Part shown: piece by piece, positions 1 to 8,056 of the stretch
Layout of the letters: every line of letters begins with the position of its first letter
How positions within the stretch are numbered: position 1 is the stretch's first letter
NCBI RefSeq assembly: GCF_000020025.1
Contig: NC_010628.1
Span: forward strand, 4,350,001 to 4,382,000
DNA from: Nostoc punctiforme PCC 73102
GTDB lineage: Bacteria > Cyanobacteriota > Cyanobacteriia > Cyanobacteriales > Nostocaceae
Direction: 5' to 3'
Length of the DNA: 32,000 nt
Made by a program: the position numbers and the translations under genes
Notes under the pieces: model-generated
What the model was told of the DNA's origin: nothing
The model's input: the letters and a program-made list of their open reading frames with translations, nothing else
Databases searched by the model: none

Positions 1-290
1 GCATACGAAGTATCAGCACTAATGAAGCTAAAGACCTCGTATAATTTGCGTTAACTTTATATCAGGAACCAATTTAAAGTACCATAGGGCTTAATTTTAA
101 ACATTTTATCAAATTGCTAACATTATTTTAAGTTAGTAATATGTTAAGCTGAGTATAATCAGATAAAGGCTAAGTAATATATATTACTAAATATTCATCT
201 AAGTTACCAAGTAAGCAAAATATTTGTAATACTAGTAGTATATCTGAGCTAAAGTCAAAACCTTAAAGTTACTAGAATGGGTTCCCCCAG

Positions 291-2261
291 ATGAAATCCC
301 CACCTCCTTCAAATTCTTGGATTGGTCGCTTGGTAGGTGATAACGAGCGATATCGTTTAGACAAACGGTTAGGCGGGGGTGGCATGGGAGATGTCTTCCT
401 GGCAACGGACACCCGTGTGGGTCAACAGGTAGCGTTGAAGTTGCTCAAAGATACGCTGGTGGCATCACAAGAAATGAGAAAGCGTTTTGAGCGTGAGGTA
501 GCAGTTTGTGCTGCTTTGCAAAGTGACCACATAGTTAAAATTAGTGATTGTGGATTCACTTCGGAAGGGTTTCCATTTTATGTAATGGAATATTTACGCG
601 GGCAAACGCTCAGACAATTACTGCTGCGCGAGAAGCGGCTATCTGTTGAGCGGGCGGTAAAAATTATGGCGCAAGTTTGCAAAGGTTTACAGCTTGCCCA
701 TCAAGGAGTTACTCTCCAACGGGAAGGCGGAAAAAGCACTGAGCATATTCAGGTAGTTCATCGTGACCTGAAACCAGATAATATATTTTTAGTACCTACA
801 GATTTGGGTGAGTGGGTAAAGGTTTTGGATTTTGGTGTTGCCAAAATTCGGAGTGAATCTTCAGAAAATGCCAATATTACCAATATCACCAGTACTTTTA
901 TTGGGACATTTCGTTATGCACCCCCTGAGCAAATCCAAAGCGATAAAAACCTGGATGCAAGGGGTGATATTTACAGTTTAGGAATTATCCTTTATGAAAT
1001 GCTGAGTGCTGCCGATCCCTTTGGAATCAGCATTAAGGGTAGTCATGTCAGCGAGGCTTCTTGGGTATTAGCTCATGCTTATGAACCACCGAAGCCACTG
1101 CGATCGCAGCCAGGTTGTGAGCATTATTCCACAGAATTGGAAGCAGTGGTGATGAAATGCCTCCACAAGAACCCAGCGAACCGATTTGCAACGGTAGAAG
1201 AATTGAATCAAGCTTTGCAAGCTGCTGCCAAATCTGTCACAAACACTATTAATTTACCCGGAAAAGCTATCGGGCAATCACAACCTTCCTATAATCAAGG
1301 TTCAAACCACGAAACTATTCCCAGACAGTCAAACGACGACACCGTTTACCGTCCTCCATCTGCATATAATCAAGGTTCAAACCACGAAACTGTTTCCAGA
1401 CAATCAAACGACGACACTGTTCTCCGTCCCCCATCTGCATACAATCAAGGTTCAAATCACGAAACTGTTCCCAGACAATCGAACGACGACACCGTTCTCC
1501 GTCCCCCATCTGCACATAATCAAGGTTCAAATCACGAAACTATTCCCAGACAATTTAACCCGATTGAGCAAAACCAATCTGAGGAACCACTCCCTCCCCT
1601 TCAGCCTAAATACAACCAAGGTTCAAATAACGAAACAGTTCCGAGGCAGTTTAATCCAGTTGAGCAAAGTCCACAGAGTCCTGTGAATAATCCCAACCCC
1701 AGCAAACCGGACGTGACCTTGTATCAACCGCGACCTGCGGCTAATCAAGGCGGACAACAAGTGCCACCAGATAAGACCTTGTATCAACCGAGACCTGGAG
1801 CTAATCAAGGCGGACAACAAGCGCCACCAGATAAGACATTATATCAACCGCGACCTGGGGCTAATCAAGGCAGACAACAAGTGCCACCAGATAAAACATT
1901 GTTTCAACCGCGACCTGCGGCTAATCAAGGCGGACAACCAGTGCCACCAGATAAGACATTGTTTCAACCGCGACCTGCATCCAATCAAGGCAGACCACAA
2001 GTGCCGCCAGATGTGACATTGTATCAACCAAGACCTGCATCCAATCAAGGCAGACCACAAGTGCCACTAGATGACACTATTTACCAACCAAAGCTAAGTG
2101 GGCAGCTAACTCCGAAAATTACTCCCAATTTTTTGCGAATCTTGGGAGTAGTCTTGGCAATTGGGCTGACTTTAGCATTGGTGTCCTATATTTATACTCA
2201 ATCTCGTAAAGAACCAAACAACCAGCAAAGTTTACCTAATAGCGATCGCATTCAGAACTAA
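291..2261 (+). CDS. Hanks-type Ser/Thr protein kinase with a repeat-rich Pro/Gln/Asn linker and a C-terminal membrane anchor
   Basis: ATG at 291. Kinase motifs are present in the translation: glycine loop GGGGMGDVF, VALK lysine, HRDLKPDN catalytic loop, DFG, and PPE in place of APE. The C-terminal hydrophobic helix is ILGVVLAIGLTLALVSYIY. Confidence 0.9.
   Translation: MKSPPPSNSWIGRLVGDNERYRLDKRLGGGGMGDVFLATDTRVGQQVALKLLKDTLVASQEMRKRFEREVAVCAALQSDHIVKISDCGFTSEGFPFYVMEYLRGQTLRQLLLREKRLSVERAVKIMAQVCKGLQLAHQGVTLQREGGKSTEHIQVVHRDLKPDNIFLVPTDLGEWVKVLDFGVAKIRSESSENANITNITSTFIGTFRYAPPEQIQSDKNLDARGDIYSLGIILYEMLSAADPFGISIKGSHVSEASWVLAHAYEPPKPLRSQPGCEHYSTELEAVVMKCLHKNPANRFATVEELNQALQAAAKSVTNTINLPGKAIGQSQPSYNQGSNHETIPRQSNDDTVYRPPSAYNQGSNHETVSRQSNDDTVLRPPSAYNQGSNHETVPRQSNDDTVLRPPSAHNQGSNHETIPRQFNPIEQNQSEEPLPPLQPKYNQGSNNETVPRQFNPVEQSPQSPVNNPNPSKPDVTLYQPRPAANQGGQQVPPDKTLYQPRPGANQGGQQAPPDKTLYQPRPGANQGRQQVPPDKTLFQPRPAANQGGQPVPPDKTLFQPRPASNQGRPQVPPDVTLYQPRPASNQGRPQVPLDDTIYQPKLSGQLTPKITPNFLRILGVVLAIGLTLALVSYIYTQSRKEPNNQQSLPNSDRIQN
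1290..1560 (+). repeat. In-frame 75-bp (25-aa) tandem repeat, about 3.5 copies (YNQGSNHETxxRQSNDDTVxRPPSA)
   Basis: Copies start at 1290, 1365, 1440 and 1515, all on codon boundaries of the kinase ORF. A degenerate extra copy lies near 1611. Confidence 0.9.
1707..2090 (+). repeat. In-frame 60-bp (20-aa) tandem repeat, about 6.4 copies (PDKTLYQPRPxANQGGQQVP)
   Basis: The period of 60 nt was read directly from the sequence. The copies differ by scattered substitutions. The array also generates the antisense ORFs at 1623-1820 and 1839-2060. Confidence 0.9.
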
Positions 2262-2274
2262 TTTAGCTAATAGT

Positions 2275-2329
2275 ACATCTCCACAAGGGTTATAGATAAC
2301 GTATATTTCATTTCTGGAGATGTCTTTTA
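2275..2329. terminator. Possible hairpin between convergent genes
   Basis: acatctcca (2275-2283) pairs with tggagatgt (2315-2323) and is followed by cttttac. The loop is 31 nt, so this is a weak terminator candidate. Confidence 0.3.
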
Positions 2330-3928
2330 CCTATATTCATCCCAAGCTACGGGAAAAGAATAATCTGAAAACGCCGAAAAATCACGATTTTCGCTGCGGG
2401 TTTCTTCATCCAAAACCTTGACAACTTTGTTATAAATATCTTGTGCTTGTTGCGGAGAATCACCGATGCTGGTTAATCCCAACTTACCAAACTGCGAAAG
2501 ACAACCCATGAGATGAAACACTGTGCCTGTTTCTGTACCGCTGTCGAAATGCAGTCTGTGATGAGCGATGATATCCATCAAATCATTAGGTAATAATCCT
2601 TGATAGCGCTCTTTTTGCAAATTATCAGTAGCAATGTAGTATTTTGGACGACCTTGCTGACTATAAAATAAACCCGTAGAAAGATCGTAGCGACCGTTGG
2701 TTAATAATTTCAAGGTCATGAATGGATGAGTTGTACCGCCTTTACGCAGATTAATTTCGATCGCCTGAATATCCCACTCACCATTACCCTTGTCAACGGC
2801 GATAAAATCTACACCAAATCGCTCTAAAGTACCTTTCTCTGCTAGCGTTCTACCAACTTGTAGTCCTAATTGTTGTAATTGCAATCGATAGCTTTCATCA
2901 GCCGGAAAGCGACAACCAAGATAAATCTGACCGTCTGGTCCTCCGAGAATTTGGTCGTGGGTTGAAAGTATTTCCACTTCGCCAGTGGGTGTGATCCGTC
3001 CTTGGACACTGGGCGAGCGCTTTATTTCCCCTTCCACAAATGCTTCGGCAATTGCCCCTAATTCTGGGATTCTTCCCGAAAAATTATCCCAAGTCTCAAG
3101 TTTTGCTTGAAAGCGCATTGTTGAGAAGCGATCGCTAATTGCTGCTACCCTTTGAGCATGAGTACCAATACCTGGCGCTAAATTCTCAATTGGTCTTAGA
3201 TCGAGCAAGGCATTTCCCTCTCCCGAAATGCCTTCATTGAGTTTTACCACTACCCGTTTTAATGTCGGTTGTCTTTCCCACAAGTCACTGGTAGCTTCTG
3301 CCAAATCTGTGTGGTTCCAAATTTTTTCGCTGCCATCTGGATGCGGTACTCCACTTCCCTTGAAGATTTGCCGACTGCCACTTTTTGTCCCCCAAATCTG
3401 TAAATCTGGTGCAGCAGCATAGAGTGGTACACCTAATTTTAAAGACAATTCGCCTTCCCAGTGCGAAGAGTTGTAGCAGATCATAAATGATTTGTCTAGT
3501 CTCAAAGATTGATGAATCCGCTCTAATAGACGGGGACGTTCTAAAATCTTTTGGCTGAGAGGTTTAAGGGAAGAATCGTAAGTAGAAAGTAGCAGCAAGC
3601 GATTGCGAGCATGAGAAAAGGGGATTCCTGGCAAAAGTTGCAGATAATAATCAATGATACTAGGATGCAGTGGTACTGATGTTACATAAATCAGGCGAGT
3701 CCGGGGATTCTGCAACCGAATTAAAGAAAATAGTAATCTTTCTTCATAATGTTCGCACCCTTCAATCTTTTGGAGTTCGCGCTGGTCAATACTTAGGGAG
3801 GGAATAATTAAAATATCCGCTTCACTATTGTCAAATGACTCGATCGTTTTCCAGCGATCGCGCAGGGTTAATTGTAATTGGCGAAACTTTTCAACCTGCT
3901 CTAACTCGGAAATATTTAGTATTGCCAT
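2327..3928 (-). CDS. ATP-grasp domain protein, PGM1-like peptide-ligase family (pre-ATP-grasp + ATP-grasp)
   Basis: Long clean ORF. The track start at 3934 is GTG, and the first ATG is at 3928 (MAILNISELEQ...). The family call is from memory of conserved cyanobacterial PGM1-like proteins and was not aligned. Confidence 0.55.
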   Translation of the reverse strand: MAILNISELEQVEKFRQLQLTLRDRWKTIESFDNSEADILIIPSLSIDQRELQKIEGCEHYEERLLFSLIRLQNPRTRLIYVTSVPLHPSIIDYYLQLLPGIPFSHARNRLLLLSTYDSSLKPLSQKILERPRLLERIHQSLRLDKSFMICYNSSHWEGELSLKLGVPLYAAAPDLQIWGTKSGSRQIFKGSGVPHPDGSEKIWNHTDLAEATSDLWERQPTLKRVVVKLNEGISGEGNALLDLRPIENLAPGIGTHAQRVAAISDRFSTMRFQAKLETWDNFSGRIPELGAIAEAFVEGEIKRSPSVQGRITPTGEVEILSTHDQILGGPDGQIYLGCRFPADESYRLQLQQLGLQVGRTLAEKGTLERFGVDFIAVDKGNGEWDIQAIEINLRKGGTTHPFMTLKLLTNGRYDLSTGLFYSQQGRPKYYIATDNLQKERYQGLLPNDLMDIIAHHRLHFDSGTETGTVFHLMGCLSQFGKLGLTSIGDSPQQAQDIYNKVVKVLDEETRSENRDFSAFSDYSFPVAWDEYR

Positions 3929-4852
3929 AACCACTGCCCTCTAATAATCCCAATGTAGCGTACCATACAGGCTTTTGGCCTATTAGTTTGATAACTGGTC
4001 AGCAAGTACTTTATCCTACAAAAATGTGGCTATGCAGATATCAGCCTAAATTAATAGTGATGAAATTAAATGCATAATATTACTATTCTGTCAAGTTAGT
4101 TTTAAAGGTTTGTAGTAATGAGTTTAGTACTTAGAGAATAAGGACTAAACTCATTAATCTAAAATTGTCCATAGGACTCATATTTGATTACGTGAAAAAA
4201 GCCCGTACAAATCAAAAATCCTTCTTTCTTATTGGCTGTAGCCTGCCCACCCAGTAACTATGGCTACCCCATACTGCACAAACAAAAATCCAAGCGGATT
4301 CCTATATCTATAAATTTAAACTTGACAGACTGCTAGGTAGTTGTGCAACTACAAAGTGAAAAAGTAGAAATCTATATTTTCATTTATCGAAAATAGCGCG
4401 GTTCTTGAGTGAGCTATAAGAATCATGATTAATTAATTCAATAACTCTTATTATTTAATTCGTTTTCCGTCTTAAGGTTGAGCAAATCTAAGCTTAGTTT
4501 ACCTCTATGGAGCGATAAATTACAGCAACTTAATAGTTAACTTAATAGCAGATGAAAGGCATAACTATTTCATCGAATCATAGTTTTATACTTGTTTTTG
4601 CCGTCAGGTGAATAGTGTCTGTCATGTTTGAGTAGAAATAACGTCAGCCGCCTACAATTGCTAGAAATAAATGCCTTTAGTACGAATTCGGGATATGTAT
4701 ATCCGAAAAATTGCAAATGGCAAGTAGGAGCCAAAGCAGAAAACAAACCTTGGGTTAAATTTTTGATCCAGGGTTTGCTTTTGAAAATGGCTAATGAGAA
4801 AGATGGGGGTAATAAATGCCCAATTCAATATTCAATTACCAAGAAAAAACCT

Positions 4853-5725
4853 ATGGCTAAATCAAAAGAGAAAAAAGAGCAAACATTGCAACCACCACAG
4901 CAGCAAGAAGTTCCAGGTGTTGAATCAGAAATGACACCAAAACCGAAAGCAGATGATGCCCAGTATCGGGGTAGTGGTAAGTTGCAAGATAAAGTAGCAT
5001 TGATTACGGGTGCAGATAGTGGTATTGGTCGTGCTGTAGCGATCGCATTTGCTAAAGAAGGTGCAGATGTTGCTATCCTTTACCTAAATGAACACGACGA
5101 TGCCAAAGAAACAAAACATCTGGTAGAAAAACAAGGTCGTCGTGCAGTAACTATCGCAGGCGATATTGGCGATGAAACTTTTTGTCAGCAAGCTATCCAA
5201 CAAACAGTTGGTGAGTTTGGCAAACTCGATATTCTCATCAACAACGCTGCCGAACAACATCCTAAACAAAGTATTGAAGAAATCACTAAAGAACAATTAG
5301 AGCGAACTTTCCGCACTAATATCTTCTCAATGTTTTTTATGACTAAAGCTGCACTCAAGCATTTGCAAACAGGCAGTGCTATCATCAATACCACATCGGT
5401 AACAGCTTATAAAGGTAGCCCACAACTGCTAGATTATTCTTCTACAAAAGGTGCGATCGTTGCTTTTACCCGCTCCTTATCACAAAATTTGGTTTCAAAA
5501 GGAATTCGCGTTAATGCTGTCGCACCAGGACCAATTTGGACACCTTTAATTCCCTCAACGTTCCCAGAAGAGAAAGTTGAGAGTTTTGGGAAACAAGTAC
5601 CAATGCAACGAGCCGGACAGCCAGAAGAAGTTGCTCCTAGCTATGTATTTCTAGCATCTGATGATGCTTCTTATGTCTCTGGACAAGTGCTGCACGTAAA
5701 TGGTGGCGAAGTAGTCAATGGCTAA
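4853..5725 (+). CDS. Short-chain dehydrogenase/reductase (YghA/YhdF-like SDR)
   Basis: Contains TGADSGIGRA (TGxxxGIG) cofactor loop, NNAA, the catalytic YSSTK (YxxxK), and a C-terminal HVNGG. The track ORF begins at TTG 4628, but the 290-aa product from ATG 4853 (MAKSKEKKEQ...) fits the family length. Confidence 0.85.
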   Translation: MAKSKEKKEQTLQPPQQQEVPGVESEMTPKPKADDAQYRGSGKLQDKVALITGADSGIGRAVAIAFAKEGADVAILYLNEHDDAKETKHLVEKQGRRAVTIAGDIGDETFCQQAIQQTVGEFGKLDILINNAAEQHPKQSIEEITKEQLERTFRTNIFSMFFMTKAALKHLQTGSAIINTTSVTAYKGSPQLLDYSSTKGAIVAFTRSLSQNLVSKGIRVNAVAPGPIWTPLIPSTFPEEKVESFGKQVPMQRAGQPEEVAPSYVFLASDDASYVSGQVLHVNGGEVVNG

Positions 5726-5732
5726 TTAAAAA

Positions 5733-5855
5733 AGTTAGGATTTAGAAGTCATAGAATTTAGAATTTTATATTTTTCCTTGAATTCCAAATTCAAAAACTA
5801 AAGTTATCAGAGTTAAAAATTCTAACCTATTAACTTCTAACTCCTAACTTTTTAC
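5733..5855. repeat. Long imperfect palindrome just downstream of the SDR gene (terminator-like or MITE-like)
   Basis: agttaggatttagaagt (5733-5749) matches the reverse complement of acttctaactcctaact (5833-5849) at 16 of 17 positions and is followed by ttttta. The interior also carries partly complementary ttag/ctaa-rich segments. Confidence 0.45.
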
Positions 5856-5957
5856 GTCTAACTCTACCCTCATTGTCTTCCATTAGAGGGATGAGTAAAA
5901 ATTGAAATATTGATAGTCTATTCAGCAGCGTACATTTAAGAGATAATAACTACGTCT

Positions 5958-6215
5958 ATGGCATCTCCTACACCACTATATGGCACAGAACTAGTAGATT
6001 GTGCTAGAGCAAATGCCAAGCAAGGAATTGAAACTGCTGCTTATCAATGTGGCTATGGTCAAGACCTCAACAAATTTGCCCGCGAACTCAGACAAGCTTG
6101 TGAAGAAATGAATTTACAAGTAAAAGAACTCAGTGGATTAATTACTGAACAGGACATGATACTGCAATTGGGTACTGGCGAAATTGTTGCTCCGGTGACG
6201 GAATCAGAATTGTAA
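5958..6215 (+). CDS. Hypothetical 85-aa acidic protein
   Basis: ATG-initiated ORF in an otherwise gene-free interval. I recognise no motif. Confidence 0.45.
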   Translation: MASPTPLYGTELVDCARANAKQGIETAAYQCGYGQDLNKFARELRQACEEMNLQVKELSGLITEQDMILQLGTGEIVAPVTESEL

Positions 6216-6416
6216 AAATTAGTCATTTGTCGTTTGTAGTTTGTTATTCACTAATGACCAATGACTACCTTCATAACTTTAAAATCAATGCCGGATCTAA
6301 ACGGAGGTAGCGAAATAGAAACGGCAGTGCTGAACCAGGGATAGAAGCTAAAACAGAAATAGCTACCAGGCTAGCGCAGCGATCGCTACTTCTAATCGCT
6401 TTTGCAGAAAGTAAGC

Positions 6417-6671
6417 CTAGAAAGTAGCGATCGCACCTAACATTCCTCCTAATAATGCCCCAGCGTAGATGGAAAGCGCCTTGTCGTCGTCAGACATCGT
6501 TTCTCGGTCAACTACCTGCAATGTGCCAAGCGATCGCATTTCATCGATGTTCATCCCTCCAATCACCACTGTAGAAGACTGGTCACCCACATCAACACCA
6601 GCACCAGTCAGCAAAGGGATAAACGCCGCCAGTGTCACCACTTTTGTTAAAATTTTCTCTTGCGACTTCAT
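6417..6671 (-). CDS. Small membrane protein resembling part of the MgtE transmembrane domain
   Basis: The internal ATG at 6671 gives MKSQEKILTKVVTLAAFIPLLTGAGVDVGDQSSTVVIGG... This resembles the MgtE TM consensus (..ALAvFiPllaGmGGNaGsQsstvviRG..). A second Gly-rich helix is YAGALLGGMLGAIATF. It may be a fragment or pseudogene. Confidence 0.4.
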   Translation of the reverse strand: MKSQEKILTKVVTLAAFIPLLTGAGVDVGDQSSTVVIGGMNIDEMRSLGTLQVVDRETMSDDDKALSIYAGALLGGMLGAIATF

Positions 6672-7609
6672 AATTGTTCCCGTAATGGTGTATTGGTTAT
6701 AAGTAAAACCAACAACCAATACAACCCGCTTCTGAGCAATTTCTAATAAATTCATCTGCAAATAGTTGTCGCCCCCGACTGCACACTACCACCCAAGGCA
6801 TAGATATCTTCGGTGGTTTCTTATTGTTTTCAATCAGCTTGAACAGTTCCCACTTGCCCTTAGTCTAAAGGAAAGTGGGAATGTTCAACTTCAAATTTGT
6901 AATTTTTCTAAGTTTGAGTAAATTAAAAACTTTTGTAAATTAACGAAAAAGTTAGGGTTTTGGACGTTGATAAGTCCTTGCATTCAGCGTCGTACCCTTA
7001 CGAGGAGAGTCTCATAGCCATTCGCTGGATAATCCACCTAAAACAGGTTTACTCGAAAAGCACGATAATCAGCAAATTACAGCAGATTGTGTTCCCTAGC
7101 TTAAATGCATGACTGATAAAGCTTTTACAAAACTTTTCGCTTCACTGACTAGCTTATTAGCACTATATCTCTCCTATTTCTTATAACAAAAATATGAATT
7201 AACAGTCAAGATAAAGCATAGATAAATATTACTTTTTCAAATCTTTAAGTAGTACAATTTTTCTTTATACAATTTTCATGTAATTAATAACTATGGGGCT
7301 AGAAAACATGGGATCATTCCCTATATTGGGAATTTTTATTTAAAAATCATTAAAACTTTTATATTCCTTTAAAAAGGTATACAGCAATGTGAAATTTTAA
7401 ATAAAGTTCTATAAAAAACATAGACATAACACCGTGATATAGTGTCCAATGTGTAGTTGATCAATCTAATGGCACTACTTAAGTACCCGCATGTAGAATA
7501 TAACCTTCGACTACTTAAGCATTTATCTCATATCCTGGTTTTGCTTTGTCTCAACTTTATGTAACTGCATATTAGTTAGGTTAAAAGCTCTTAAGAGAAG
7601 TTACTTATA

Positions 7610-7649
7610 ATTTTTAATTAAATTCACCAAAGTGAATTTAATTAAAAAT
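7610..7649. repeat. Perfect 18-bp inverted repeat with a 4-nt loop
   Basis: atttttaattaaattcac / caaa / gtgaatttaattaaaaat, read directly from the sequence. It lies inside the 1.3-kb AT-rich ORF-free region. Confidence 0.8.
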
Positions 7650-8056
7650 CATAAGCTTGTCGCAAAAAAACGATTTATAAAGACTATTACACCCTTGCGA
7701 TAATTAATATCTAGTATTTCTTGTAGTACCAATTCTTTTATATAATCTACTATCAAAGAATATATATAAAGGTACATCAGGTCATGCTCGTTCATTTTGA
7801 GATTGATACAAATAGACAGCCCATTAGAAAGGGATATGAGCTAAAGAGCATATATAAAAGAAATAGTTTCTATCAGTAATTAAAAGAGAATATTACATGC
7901 AACAAACATACTAATAAGGAAATTTACTGCTATCTTATTAATATGTTTACAGCTAGTAAAATTACGCATTTTTTGTTGGAAATACCCATTCTCAAACTAG
8001 TTTCACAGCATTAATTATGGAATTAGTTTTAGAACTATTGTGAGGCATATATTTCA

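Noticed and set aside
1315-2060. Antisense ORFs 1315-1530, 1623-1820 and 1839-2060 with repetitive translations
   Set aside because: They lie entirely within the kinase gene's in-frame tandem repeats. Repeat periodicity keeps the antisense frames open, and there is no independent coding evidence.
4628-4852. 75-codon N-terminal extension of the SDR ORF from a TTG start
   Set aside because: The extension has no SDR similarity. The ATG at 4853 gives a family-typical product of about 290 aa.
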